A stretch of 32,798 nt of DNA from a bacterium (lineage in GTDB: Bacteria > JBDRGX01). Positions 19,664 through 32,500 of the stretch are shown piece by piece. Under the pieces are notes generated by a model, which worked only from the letters and a program-made list of their open reading frames with translations, ran no database searches and had not been told where the DNA came from. Within the stretch, counting starts at the first letter, position 1, and each line of letters opens with the position of its first letter. Made by a program: the position numbers and the translations under genes. The DNA lies in the NCBI GenBank assembly GCA_043817485.1, contig JBDRGX010000092.1:1-32798 (forward strand), given 5' to 3'.

Positions 19664-19784
19664 TTCTTTTATATTTCCTTTCAAAAAATAATTTCATTTA
19701 TTGAATTTTTATAAAATTATGAATTTAGTATGGTTAAATATACAATATAAATATTTTGTCAATTTTTTTTTAAAAAATGTTATT

Positions 19785-22028
19785 TTAAAAAAATTGTTTA
19801 GATAATTTTTTTGCCATATTTAATTCTTCTTCTTTTTTTTCTATCTTTCCATCTATTTTTGCCAATAATATTTCATTAAGAATTTTTCCTAATAAAGGAG
19901 ATTCTTTAAAGCCATAACTAATTAAACTTTTTCCATTTATTTCTAATTTCATTTCTACTAAATGAGTAAAATAAAAAGAGATTCTTTTTTTGACTCTTAC
20001 TTTTTTACTTTTAGTCATCATATAAAGAAGTGTTTCATTCGGTAAATTTGTTAAATTTTTATAAATTTCACTTTTTTTTATTTTTTGAATTGAAAGTTTT
20101 TGAATTATTTCATCTGTTAATTTTTTAGTAATTGATATCACTACACAAGCATATTTACTCAATTTTAATCTTTTTGTTAAAAATATTGCTTCTTCTTCGT
20201 TTAATTTATCAATTAAAATAAGAAAATAAAAAAGATATTTTTCTACTACTTTTTTTAAAAATAAAAGATCAAACCAATTTAAAATTTGTTTTGCTCGAAC
20301 AAAAATTTCTCTCAAATAATTATCTAAATGAATTTTCGGATGAATAAATTTTAGTATTCCAAAATAATTTAATTTTTCAATAGGTTTTAAAGGGTCTAAT
20401 TCTTTTAACATATAAAACAATTCTTCTCTAAATCTCTCTATAGTTATTTTTTCTAACATTTTTGACTTAACAGCATTTTCTAATAATATAGCACTATGAG
20501 ATTCTATTTTAAATTTATATCTTTGCTCAAACCTAATTGCTCTCATAATTCGAGTAGGATCATCTATAAAACTAAAATTATGTAAAACTTTAATAATGCC
20601 ATTTTTTAAATCTCTTTGTCCTTGAAAAAAATCATACAAATCTCCAAATGAATTTTTATTTAAACTAATAGCTAACCCATTGATAGTAAAATCTCTTCGA
20701 TGAAGATCATGTTTAATCAAACTTTTTTCTACTGAAGGAAGAGCTCCAGGATGTTTATAAGATTCTTTTCGAGCAGAAGTAACATCAATTTTAATTTTAT
20801 TAGGTAAAAAAATAATGGCTGTATGAAATCGTGTATGAATTTTAAGATGTCCTCCTTTTTTTTGAACAAATTTTTTAGCAAATTCTATTCCATCGCCTTC
20901 TACAACAATATCAATATCTGTATTAGGAATAGACAATAAAACATCTCTTACAAAACCTCCTACTGCAAATACAAAATAATTAAATTCATCTGCTACTTTT
21001 CCTATTTCTTGAAGAAGTCCGTAAATATGCTTATAGGATCTACCTTGAATGATTTTTTTTAAATTTTTATGCTCTACTATTTCTTCTTTTTTTTCTAAAA
21101 TAATTTTTTTATTTTTAAGATGTTTTTTTAAAATTTGTAATAATTTTTTTTCTGTTTCTTCTAAAGATAAGTTTTTTACAACGGCTGAAGCAGCTGTGGG
21201 ATGTCCTCCCCCATGAAATTCTTGAAGGATAATATCTACATTAACTAAATCTATTCTACTTCGAGCAATAATTGAAATTCTATCATTTTTTTCAAAAAGA
21301 GTGAACAAACAATCTATTTTTTCTATATCTCGTAATTCGTGAGTTAAACTTGACAAATCTCTTTTATATTCATCTGCTTTTACAGAAGAAATAATGATTT
21401 TAACTCCATTAACAAAATATTCTTTTTGAGATTGAATCAATTTATTTATCAAAACAATTTGATCAACGCTAAGTTTTTCTTGAATAAAATCGGGAATAAT
21501 CTCTAAACGGGCTTTTTGGGTTAAAAGATACGAACACATAGCAATATCTCTTAAAGTAGTAGTTTTATAAGTAAGAAAACCAGTATCTTCATAAATACCA
21601 AAAGCAAATAAAGTTGCTTCTTCTGAAGTAAGCAAAATACCTTTTTTCTTTATAATTTCAGTTATAATAGTAACAGTTGCACCAAGTTCTTCTACATAAT
21701 TTTTTTCTCCAATTAAATCTCCAAAATGAGAAGAATGGTGATCAAAAATATGAAGTTTTAAATGAGGATTATCTAATATTTCTTCAAATTTTCCTATTCG
21801 AGTTTGAACTCTTGTGTCAACAATAATTAAACGAGTAATTTTTTCTAATTCAATATTTTTTATTTTAAAAAATTCATAGGAAAGTTTATGTTTTTCTAAA
21901 AAAATTCTTACATTTTCTTCGCAAGAACCTGGAAGAACAAGTTTAGCAAGAGGATATAATTTTTTAGCGGCAATCATCGATGCTATAGCATCAAAATCTG
22001 CATGAGTATGAGTAATTATAACATCCAA
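19785..22028 (-). CDS. cca: DHH/DHHA1 + class II tRNA nucleotidyltransferase (A-adding type architecture)
   Basis: HADFDA, IVDT, FDHH, GIYEDTG, GGGHPTAAS, then VGGFVRD..DIDIVV, RRDFTIN, SFIDDPTRIMRAIRF. TTG start behind GGAG. Confidence 0.85.
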   Translation of the reverse strand: MDVIITHTHADFDAIASMIAAKKLYPLAKLVLPGSCEENVRIFLEKHKLSYEFFKIKNIELEKITRLIIVDTRVQTRIGKFEEILDNPHLKLHIFDHHSSHFGDLIGEKNYVEELGATVTIITEIIKKKGILLTSEEATLFAFGIYEDTGFLTYKTTTLRDIAMCSYLLTQKARLEIIPDFIQEKLSVDQIVLINKLIQSQKEYFVNGVKIIISSVKADEYKRDLSSLTHELRDIEKIDCLFTLFEKNDRISIIARSRIDLVNVDIILQEFHGGGHPTAASAVVKNLSLEETEKKLLQILKKHLKNKKIILEKKEEIVEHKNLKKIIQGRSYKHIYGLLQEIGKVADEFNYFVFAVGGFVRDVLLSIPNTDIDIVVEGDGIEFAKKFVQKKGGHLKIHTRFHTAIIFLPNKIKIDVTSARKESYKHPGALPSVEKSLIKHDLHRRDFTINGLAISLNKNSFGDLYDFFQGQRDLKNGIIKVLHNFSFIDDPTRIMRAIRFEQRYKFKIESHSAILLENAVKSKMLEKITIERFREELFYMLKELDPLKPIEKLNYFGILKFIHPKIHLDNYLREIFVRAKQILNWFDLLFLKKVVEKYLFYFLILIDKLNEEEAIFLTKRLKLSKYACVVISITKKLTDEIIQKLSIQKIKKSEIYKNLTNLPNETLLYMMTKSKKVRVKKRISFYFTHLVEMKLEINGKSLISYGFKESPLLGKILNEILLAKIDGKIEKKEEELNMAKKLSKQFF

Positions 22029-22045
22029 AAAATATCTCCATTTTT

Positions 22046-22198
22046 ATACTAATTTGTAATCAAAAATCCGAATATCGAAAAACAAATCCAAATGACAAAA
22101 ATCCGAAATTCAAAACATTGTAGAGACAGTGGCTTGTCCCTGTCCGTTATTAGAAAATTACGAACAATCACAAGGATTGTTTAATTATAATTTGGCAT
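22046..22198. repeat. Composite intergenic repeat (AAATCCGAA tract + decayed GTAG-type REP pair)
   Basis: GTAGAGACAGTGGCTTGTCCCTGTCC..GAACAATCACAAGGATTGT. Shares AAAAATCCGAA..ACAAAT..AATGAC and CCCTGT(T)CCGTTATTAGA with 23070-23290. Confidence 0.55.
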
Positions 22199-22215
22199 AA
22201 ATTCTAATAATATAA

Positions 22216-22446
22216 TCAGTCAATTTTTTCAATATCTTTTATTTCTTGTGTTTTAAAAATTTCTTCTATTCTCTGTTTTACTTTTTCGCTTCTATCTTTA
22301 ACTTTATTCTTTATTTCTATTGCTTTTTGTTTACTTTTCAATAAAGTTTCATTATAAATTTTAACTTTTTTTGAAACACAAGAAAAAAACTTAAATGTAC
22401 AAAAAATAAAAAAAATTAAGAAAACAAGAAATAAAAATTTTTTCAT
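22216..22446 (-). CDS. Small membrane-anchored or lipoprotein-like hypothetical protein
   Basis: 76 aa, GAGGA RBS, MKK + hydrophobic stretch + Cys, basic coiled-coil tail; directly downstream of yidD. Confidence 0.6.
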   Translation of the reverse strand: MKKFLFLVFLIFFIFCTFKFFSCVSKKVKIYNETLLKSKQKAIEIKNKVKDRSEKVKQRIEEIFKTQEIKDIEKID

Positions 22447-22464
22447 TATTTTTCAATTATCCTC

Positions 22465-22683
22465 TTATATTGGATCATATCCACCTTTATTAAAAGGATG
22501 ACATTTAATTATTCTTTTAAAAAACAACATTATTCCTTTTTTTATTCCATATTTTTTAAAAGCAATTATAGTATATGCTGAACAACTTGGATAAAATCGA
22601 CAACAACGAAAAAAAACAATTTTTTGATAAATCTTTATTAAAAAAATAATCACAAATAATAAATAATTATTCACAAATTTCAT
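22465..22683 (-). CDS. yidD: Membrane protein insertion efficiency factor
   Basis: [28 protein letters not shown]. Overlaps rnpA. Confidence 0.92.
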   Translation of the reverse strand: MKFVNNYLLFVIIFLIKIYQKIVFFRCCRFYPSCSAYTIIAFKKYGIKKGIMLFFKRIIKCHPFNKGGYDPI

Positions 22684-23032
22684 TTTTATATATTTTTGCT
22701 AAAATAAATAATTGTTTTATTTTTTGATATATTCCAACATAAGAATAATCATCCAAATTTTTTCTTACTACTAAAACAATTTCAATATTTTCTTTTAAAT
22801 TATTTTTATTTAACCTAAATATTTCTCTTGAAATTCTTTTTATTCTATTTCTTGATACAGCTTTTTTTATTTTTCGAGAAATAGAAATACCTAATTTTCT
22901 AATACCTTCTTTTTCTAAAACAACTAACATAAATTCATTATTAGCACAATAAAACTTTTTCCCTTTTGCAAAAATTTCATCAAATTCTTTTCTTTTTTTA
23001 ATTCTTTCATCTTTTTTGAAAGTATATTTCAT
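22667..23032 (-). CDS. rnpA: Ribonuclease P protein component
   Basis: [33 protein letters not shown] (RNR motif). Confidence 0.94.
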   Translation of the reverse strand: MKYTFKKDERIKKRKEFDEIFAKGKKFYCANNEFMLVVLEKEGIRKLGISISRKIKKAVSRNRIKRISREIFRLNKNNLKENIEIVLVVRKNLDDYSYVGIYQKIKQLFILAKIYKNEICE

Positions 23033-23069
23033 TTTAATTTTTATATGCTTTCATTTCCATATTCCATAC

Positions 23070-23290
23070 ATTTATATTAATACTAATAAAAAAATCCGAA
23101 ACAAATACGAATGACCAAAATTCAAAACAAATTTAAAATTTCTAATTTTCAATTGAAATAAATACAAAGGTTTCTACCAATAATTCTAACCCCCGAAGGA
23201 ATGGCATTATTGCCCTGTTCCGTTATTAGAGAACCACAGACAACCCCAAGAAATTATCCTCCTTACATTTGAATGATCAAAATACAAAAC
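23070..23290. repeat. Second composite intergenic repeat between rpmH and rnpA
   Basis: Decayed direct copy of motifs at 22046-22198, plus an AACCCCCGAAGGAATGGCATTATT REP-like half. Confidence 0.5.
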
Positions 23291-23307
23291 AATTGAAAAA
23301 CGATATA

Positions 23308-23442
23308 TTAAACTGCTATTTTTTTTCTTCCTTTTCTTCTTCTTCTGTTTAACACTTCTTGTCCATCAGATGTGCTCATTCTTTTAAGAAATCCATGCTT
23401 TTTATGTCTTTTTCTCACATTTGGTTGATATGTTCTTTTCAT
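23308..23442 (-). CDS. rpmH: 50S ribosomal protein L34 (absent from the ORF track)
   Basis: Manual translation [52 protein letters not shown]. Confidence 0.97.
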   Translation of the reverse strand: MKRTYQPNVRKRHKKHGFLKRMSTSDGQEVLNRRRRKGRKKIAV

Positions 23443-23514
23443 TAAAAATATCTCCTATGATTTATTTCCTCTATTTTCTAAAAATTACATTAAAAATATT
23501 TTAAACTTTTTAGT

Positions 23515-23781
23515 TTATTTTCTAATGCCTAATTTTTTAATTAAATCTTTATATTTTTCTTTACTTTTTGTTTCTATATATTTAAGTAATTTTCTTCTTT
23601 GTCCAACTAATTTTAAAAGTCCAAGTTTTGATTGATGGTCTTTTTTGTTAGTTTTAAAATGTTCTGTAAGATAACTAATTCTTTCTGTAAGTAAAGCAAC
23701 TTGTACTTCTGAAGATCCAGTATCCTTTTCATGGATTTTGTAATCATTAATTATTTTTTGTTTTTCTTCTACATCAAACAT
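23515..23781 (-). CDS. rpsO: 30S ribosomal protein S15
   Basis: [49 protein letters not shown]. Confidence 0.97.
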   Translation of the reverse strand: MFDVEEKQKIINDYKIHEKDTGSSEVQVALLTERISYLTEHFKTNKKDHQSKLGLLKLVGQRRKLLKYIETKSKEKYKDLIKKLGIRK

Positions 23782-23798
23782 TTTTTTTAAAATACCTC

Positions 23799-24956
23799 CT
23801 ATACTCTTTCATAAGGAATGAAAAGTTTAATATATTCATCTTGAGCATAACGATCTGTCATGCCACTAATATAATCGGTTAAAGATTTTTTAAATTCTAA
23901 ACTATTTTTAATTTTTTCTAATTCTTGTTCGTTTAATATTCTTATGTTTACATTTTGAAAACTACATTTTCTAAATACTTCATCAGGTAATTGTAATGGA
24001 TCTTTTTTATAACTTGTATATAAATCTCTTATAAATTTTCTTGCTTTAGCATCCATTCTTTTTATTCGATAATTGTTATAAATATATTCTAATAAAAAGG
24101 ATCTTAATTCTTGTTCGGATTTTTTAATTTCTAAATTAAAATCAATAATAAATATTTCTTTATTAAAATTAAATAAACTAAAATTTATAATATCTGTCAC
24201 TAAAAAATCAATTAATTTTTTTATAAAAAAATCACTATTTATTTTTTCTGATATTTCTAATTTATTAAAAATAGATAATTTTTTTAATTGTGAAAAAGAA
24301 ATAATTTCTTCTCTTAATCCATCATCTAAATCATGACTATCTTGTGCTATTTCATCAGCAATAGCAACTACTTGTCCTTCTAATGTGCTTAAAATTTCTG
24401 GAAGAAGATCTGGATATACACCTTTTCTAATTAAAGTATGCTTTAAAATACCTTCTCTTACTTCCCAAGTTAAATTTAAACCATCATATTCTTCATATTT
24501 TTTTTCTAATTCATCTACGACTCTAATGCTATGATCATTATGTTTAAACCCATTTAACCCTTCTTCTAAAAGAATAGCATTTAATTCTATTTCTCCAGAA
24601 TGTCCAAAAGGAGTATGTCCTAAATCATGTCCTAATGCAATAGCGCGAGTTAAATCTTCATTTAAGCCCAATGCTCGTGCAATAGTAGTAGAAATTTGAA
24701 CTACTTCAATCGTGTGAGTCAATCGTGTACGAGGATGATCTCCTTCATGATTAACAAAAACCTGTGTTTTATATTCCAATCTTCGAAAAGATTTACTATG
24801 AACAATTCTATCTATATCTCTTTGAAAGGATGTTCTAAAAGTATGTTCTTTTATTTTTATTTTTCTTCCTTTGGAATTAATACTTTTAGTAGCATAAAAA
24901 GCTAAATTTTTTAATTCAAATTGTTCTTGTTGCTCACGAGAAATCATTTTTATCAT
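23799..24956 (-). CDS. dgt: dNTP triphosphohydrolase (dGTPase-like, HD family)
   Basis: [69 protein letters not shown]. Confidence 0.93.
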   Translation of the reverse strand: MIKMISREQQEQFELKNLAFYATKSINSKGRKIKIKEHTFRTSFQRDIDRIVHSKSFRRLEYKTQVFVNHEGDHPRTRLTHTIEVVQISTTIARALGLNEDLTRAIALGHDLGHTPFGHSGEIELNAILLEEGLNGFKHNDHSIRVVDELEKKYEEYDGLNLTWEVREGILKHTLIRKGVYPDLLPEILSTLEGQVVAIADEIAQDSHDLDDGLREEIISFSQLKKLSIFNKLEISEKINSDFFIKKLIDFLVTDIINFSLFNFNKEIFIIDFNLEIKKSEQELRSFLLEYIYNNYRIKRMDAKARKFIRDLYTSYKKDPLQLPDEVFRKCSFQNVNIRILNEQELEKIKNSLEFKKSLTDYISGMTDRYAQDEYIKLFIPYERV

Positions 24957-25242
24957 ATTTTTTAATATCTAATTATATTTTTTTGTCAATCTTTTTTAAA
25001 AAAACTAATATTGTATTTTTTTTATAATAAAAGAAAAAAAATAAAAAATATTGACTTTCTATTTTTTTAATAAGTTAATATTCTTTGTTTTTTTGTAAAA
25101 AAATTATAACATAAATTTATAAATTTAGCAATTTTAAAAAAGCAAAAATATATCATAGAAAACAGAATATAATTAAAAATGAAGGAAAATAATAATAAAA
25201 AATAGAACACAGAAGTCAGAATGAAATTTTGATAGAAAAATT

Positions 25243-25285
25243 CCACCCCCTGTCCTAACGGACAACCCCCCGCCAGCGGGGGACA
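25243..25285. repeat. GC-rich double-hairpin REP-like element
   Basis: CCACCCCC-TGTCC(TAAC)GGACA-A-CCCCCCGC(CA)GCGGGGG-ACA within an otherwise extremely AT-rich spacer. Confidence 0.65.
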
Positions 25286-25367
25286 TAAGAAATAAACAAA
25301 AAAAATTTTAGATTTTGGATTGAAATTTGAGAATTAAACAAAAATTAATTAGGAGATTTATTAAAAA

Positions 25368-26516
25368 ATGAATGTTTTAATTATAAAAAATGATCCTACA
25401 ATTATTAATTCTATTGGCACAGGTTCTTTACAAAGACATATTACTTATGCAAATTCTCTAAAAAAGCTTTTTGTTGTAACAAAAACAATAGGAGGTAGTT
25501 CTAAAATTTTATATCCAACTGAAAATTTCGAGATCCATCCTACTGCTTTAAAACACAAATGCTTTTTTACACCAATAGCATTTAAACTCGCAAATGAAAT
25601 CATTAAAAAAAATACTATAGATGTAATTATAACTCAAGATCCTTTTGAATGTGGACTTATAGGTTATGTTCTTAGCAAAAAATATAAAATTCCTTTAAGT
25701 GTAGAATTAAGAGCTGATATTATAGATAATTTTTTTTATTTAAAAGAAAAATTTATAAATCTTATATTTAACCAATTAGGTAAATTTATTTTAAAAAAAG
25801 CAGATACTATAGATGTAGGAACATTTTATGAAAAAAAGAAATTAATTTCTTTTTTTAAAATACCAGAACACAAAATTTTAGTAATTCCAACACCTATTAA
25901 TTTTAATTCATTTCTTCAAGAATTTAATGATGAAATAAGAAATTTTTATTTGAATAAAGGCTTTGATAAAATAGTTCTTTCTGTTGGAAGAATAGAAAAA
26001 CAAAAAGATTTTCCTACTTTATTAAAATCTGCCAAAATAATAATTAAATCTTTTCCTAAAACACTTTTTCTTATTGTTGGAGAAGGTAGTAATTTATTGC
26101 ATTTAAAAAAAATAGTTCAAACTCAATTTTTTGAAAAAAATATAATTTTTACTGGATTTATTTCTTATAATGAAATTCCAAAATATTATGCAGCATGTGA
26201 TGTTTTTGTAATGAGTTCTGTATATGAAGGCACTTCTAAAACTCTTCAAGAAGCTGGAGTAACAAAAAAACCATGCATTACTACTAATTTTGCTGGAGCC
26301 AATGAAGTAATCATAAACAATCAAACAGGGTTTGTTGTTCCTATTAAAAATTTTAAAACATTAGCAGAAAAAATTATATATCTTCTTCAAAATTCAGATA
26401 TAGCACAAAAAATGGGAAATGATAGTAAAGAATATATTTTGAATAAATTTTCTGAAAAAAAGAATATTGAAAAATATATTGAAAAAATATTTTTTACAGG
26501 AAAAATAAAAAAATGA
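25368..26516 (+). CDS. Glycosyltransferase family 4
   Basis: VLSVGRIEKQKDF, CDVFVMSSVYEGTSKTLQEA (ExxxxxxxE), NQTGFVVP. Confidence 0.9.
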   Translation: MNVLIIKNDPTIINSIGTGSLQRHITYANSLKKLFVVTKTIGGSSKILYPTENFEIHPTALKHKCFFTPIAFKLANEIIKKNTIDVIITQDPFECGLIGYVLSKKYKIPLSVELRADIIDNFFYLKEKFINLIFNQLGKFILKKADTIDVGTFYEKKKLISFFKIPEHKILVIPTPINFNSFLQEFNDEIRNFYLNKGFDKIVLSVGRIEKQKDFPTLLKSAKIIIKSFPKTLFLIVGEGSNLLHLKKIVQTQFFEKNIIFTGFISYNEIPKYYAACDVFVMSSVYEGTSKTLQEAGVTKKPCITTNFAGANEVIINNQTGFVVPIKNFKTLAEKIIYLLQNSDIAQKMGNDSKEYILNKFSEKKNIEKYIEKIFFTGKIKK

Positions 26517-27616
26517 AAAAAATTCTTCATATAATCAAAATAACTGGAATCTCTGGAGCAGAAAAACATCTTTTATCTCTTTTGCCAGAATTAGATAAAA
26601 AAAAATATGATATATCTATTCTTTTTTTAATTGAACCAAAAGATGAAAAAAATAATTTTTTAGAAGTCTTTTCTCAAAATGAAATTAAAACAAATGCTAT
26701 AATTATCAAATCAGATTTTGATTTAACCATAATTTATAAATTATACAAATTTATAAAAAAAAATAAATTTGATATTGTTCATACTCATTTAATTCATAGC
26801 GATATTTATGGAGCATTAGCTGCTAAAATGGCTAAAACTCCTTTTTTAATATCAACTAAACATAATGATGATCCTTTTAGAAAAAATTATTTTTTCCAAA
26901 AAATAAATAAAGTTATTAGTCTTTTTGTTAATAAAATTATTGTAATCTCTTATTATCTTCAAAAGTTTACAGAAAAAGTAGAAAAAATTTCAAGTAAAAA
27001 AATAATTCCTATTCATTATGGAATACAAATTAAAAAAAATGTAATTTCCAATATAAAAAAAGAATACAAAATTTCTGATAATACTATTATTTTAGGAATT
27101 ATTGCTCGTTTAGTCCCTCAAAAAGGACATATTTTTTTATTAAAAGCTTTTAAATTAGTTTTAGAAAAAAATCCAGATACTTTTTTATTTATAATTGGCG
27201 ATGGTTATTTAAAAAATGATTTAGAAAAATTAGCTTCTATTCTAAAAATAGATTCTAAAATAGTCTTTACTGGCTATAAAGAAAATGTTGATGAATTTAT
27301 TAGTAGTTTTGATATTTTTATTCATCCATCTTTATGGGAAGGTTTTGGTTTAATTTTTCTTGAAGTAATGAATTTTGGTAAGCCAATTATTGCTACAAAA
27401 GTAGCAGCTATTCCAGAAATTGTTATAGATAACGAAACTGGAATATTAGTTCCTCCTGAAAATTTTACTGATTTATATTCTGCAATAATCAAATTAATTA
27501 ATGATGAAAATTTAAGAAAAAAAATGGGAGAAGCAGGGAAACAACGATTAGAAAAATATTTTAGTAGAGAAAAAATGATAAAAGAAACAGAAAAAATTTA
27601 TGATATGCTTAAATAA
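26513..27616 (+). CDS. Glycosyltransferase family 4
   Basis: SGAEKHL, DIVHTHL, ARLVPQKGH, PSLWEGFGLIFLE, ETGILVPP. ATGA overlap with the previous gene. Confidence 0.92.
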   Translation: MKKILHIIKITGISGAEKHLLSLLPELDKKKYDISILFLIEPKDEKNNFLEVFSQNEIKTNAIIIKSDFDLTIIYKLYKFIKKNKFDIVHTHLIHSDIYGALAAKMAKTPFLISTKHNDDPFRKNYFFQKINKVISLFVNKIIVISYYLQKFTEKVEKISSKKIIPIHYGIQIKKNVISNIKKEYKISDNTIILGIIARLVPQKGHIFLLKAFKLVLEKNPDTFLFIIGDGYLKNDLEKLASILKIDSKIVFTGYKENVDEFISSFDIFIHPSLWEGFGLIFLEVMNFGKPIIATKVAAIPEIVIDNETGILVPPENFTDLYSAIIKLINDENLRKKMGEAGKQRLEKYFSREKMIKETEKIYDMLK

Positions 27617-27682
27617 GAAAAATTTCGAAACAAATAAAAAACGGGTAAAGCTAAAATATTGAAATATAAAACAAATTCATTT

Positions 27683-27723
27683 GTAATTTGCAACATTTTA
27701 TTTCTGATTGCAATTTGGTATTA
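27683..27723. repeat. 41-bp dispersed repeat, copy 2
   Basis: 38/41 identical to 14447-14487. Its end coincides with the TAA stop of the Kelch-pilin gene. Confidence 0.7.
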
Positions 27724-29364
27724 ATTACTCGTAGAAACATTTGTCAAAACATCCATTTTTTGAAACTTTTTTCCTAAAACATCATATGGGTCAGTATCTA
27801 ATCCTCTTTTTTCCCATTTTTTAACTTTGAAATTTATTTGAATAGTTTTTTTAGTCCCAGCATTATAAACTTGCATGCTATCTAAATAATTACTGTCTTG
27901 TCTTCCACCAATTACATAAATTTTCTTTTGATAAGAAACAACTGCACCACCTTCCCGAGGAATAAATTCAGTATTAAATGCTTTTACCCATTTGCTATCC
28001 CAGACAAAAGTACTATTAATTTTTTCTTGATAAAAATGAAAAATCTCCATTTGATTAGAATAATCTTTCCCTCCTAAAACATATAATTTATCATTTATAT
28101 TTATAGCTCCATAATTCCATCTCGCAATATTATTTGAAACTTGTGTAATTATATCACCTCTCCACAAAGTATCACTTGTAGGCCAATTAGTACTTTCTTG
28201 AGGTCCCCAAGTATCTAAAGCAGAATTAAATTTAGGTTTATAAAATTGAATCTTCGAAAAAGATGTACCATTTTTATTTCCACTAAAAATAACTGCATAA
28301 TTATAAATTTTTACTGCATTAATTTGAGAAACATTATTATCAAAAGACATTGGAAGTCCTTCTACTAACCAACCATTAGCTATTGGATCATATATTTGAG
28401 TAGATCCATCATTATTTCCTCCAAAAATATACATTCGAAAAACATTTCTTTGAGTAATTGGATCAATTACTTCTAAATAACCACAACCTGCGCCCTTAAC
28501 TGCTTTAGGCAAAGGTCGTAAATGTCCACCATCATGATTAGTATCTGTGTGCCAAACATTTGTAGAAGGATTATAAAACATAACTATATTTGTAGCAGTA
28601 GTTCCATCTGTTGTTCCACCAAAAAAATAAATACGTCCACCATGAACACACGAAGCCATATCATATAAAGATATTGGCATAGGATTTAATAAATCTGCAG
28701 CACCTACAATAGTATCAAACCAAGTATTAGTTGCAATATCATATCTTCTTACTTCATTTCTTGCCCCACTTGAATCTAATCCTCCAAAACAATAAATTTG
28801 ACCTGCATTTTCATAAACACTCATAAAAGCTCTTTGAAAAGGCAAATTCGTTAAATCAACCCATTTTATTCTATTTTGTGCAACAACTTTATTTTCTTCG
28901 GGAATTGGTACTATTGTAAAAGCATCTATATCATTGTCTAAATCATCTTTGCTTTTAGTTATTCCATCAGCAATTTGTACGAAATAATTAGGATTATTCA
29001 AATAATCTGGTTGATAATATAAAAGATATTCCGTCGTGTTAAGAATATTTGCATCGGGATAAAGATAATAACGAAATTTATCTATCATAATTTCATCTCC
29101 AGAAACACTATTAATTCCATTTTCTTTAATTTCAACAGATACAGGAAATACTGTTTCTATTTTTCTAATCAACCCTTTAACTAAACCTTCACTTTTAATT
29201 ATGGACTCTACTCTAAGTTCTGTTTCTTTTGTATATTTTTGAGAAACTTCATATAATCCAAAAATTACTACACAAAGAATAGATAAACATCCCATTGCTA
29301 TTAACATTTCTATAATAGTAAAGCCCGTGTTATTTTTAATTTTCATAGTTTTCGTAGTTTTCAT
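27721..29364 (-). CDS. Type IV pilin-like protein with Kelch beta-propeller
   Basis: Class III signal NTG|FTIIEMLIAM; Kelch motifs IYCFGG, IYFFGG, MYIFGG, VIFSG, LYVLGG, IYVIGG, most with a downstream Y-[DN]..W. Start at ATG 29364 behind GAGGA (ORF open to 29379). Confidence 0.85.
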   Translation of the reverse strand: MKTTKTMKIKNNTGFTIIEMLIAMGCLSILCVVIFGLYEVSQKYTKETELRVESIIKSEGLVKGLIRKIETVFPVSVEIKENGINSVSGDEIMIDKFRYYLYPDANILNTTEYLLYYQPDYLNNPNYFVQIADGITKSKDDLDNDIDAFTIVPIPEENKVVAQNRIKWVDLTNLPFQRAFMSVYENAGQIYCFGGLDSSGARNEVRRYDIATNTWFDTIVGAADLLNPMPISLYDMASCVHGGRIYFFGGTTDGTTATNIVMFYNPSTNVWHTDTNHDGGHLRPLPKAVKGAGCGYLEVIDPITQRNVFRMYIFGGNNDGSTQIYDPIANGWLVEGLPMSFDNNVSQINAVKIYNYAVIFSGNKNGTSFSKIQFYKPKFNSALDTWGPQESTNWPTSDTLWRGDIITQVSNNIARWNYGAININDKLYVLGGKDYSNQMEIFHFYQEKINSTFVWDSKWVKAFNTEFIPREGGAVVSYQKKIYVIGGRQDSNYLDSMQVYNAGTKKTIQINFKVKKWEKRGLDTDPYDVLGKKFQKMDVLTNVSTSN

Positions 29365-29411
29365 AAAACATATCCTCATTTTTATTAAAAACTCAATAAT
29401 TTATATATAGG

Positions 29412-31866
<2,455 letters not shown>

Positions 31867-32096
31867 CTAATAATTATTAAAATGCAATTTTAAAACAAAC
31901 ATTACTATTTCTTAAATATGTTTGTATATTTTTTATATATTTTTAAAAATTTTGTCAATATTTTTATATGGGATAATTATAGAAATTAAAAATTAGAAAA
32001 AGAAAAATTTAGAAGACAGAATAAGAACCAATATTAAAAGAATACAGAAGTCAAAATAAAAGAACTTATATTTTATTTTTGATTACAAAAACTATT

Positions 32097-32126
32097 TTGA
32101 ACCGACGTTTTAAATCATTGGTTCAA
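32097..32126. repeat. Isolated palindrome (REP-like or terminator-like)
   Basis: TTGAACCGACGTTTTAAATCATTGGTTCAA imperfect hairpin. Confidence 0.4.
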
Positions 32127-32500
32127 GGGAAAGGTGAAGATAAAAAATTTCAACTCTTGACAATAAAAAACATCTTTTAACGACAATTGAATATGTAACA
32201 AATAATCATTTATATCAAATCATATTTAAACATTAACTGCATTTGAAGCAAAAAATTAAAATAAAAAATTGACAATCTATTTAAGAATTATATTATTAAT
32301 CCCAAATTGCAATCAAAAATTATTTCCAAATAAATCAGAAATTAAAAATTCCACTCCCTACACTTATGAGATTGTGTTATATATAACGACGAAAAATGGT
32401 TGATAAAATATAATATACTATTTGGTAAATGTTGGCAGATAATAGATAATCATTTTAAAAATATATCTACGAATAGAGTTATGTCTTTATATATAATATA

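Noticed and set aside
19735-19762. Sigma70 promoters at TTGACA hexamers (also near 5270, 16100, 24985, 31955, 32270)
   Set aside because: Plausible -35 elements, but no clean -10 at 17-bp spacing; not callable in such AT-rich DNA.
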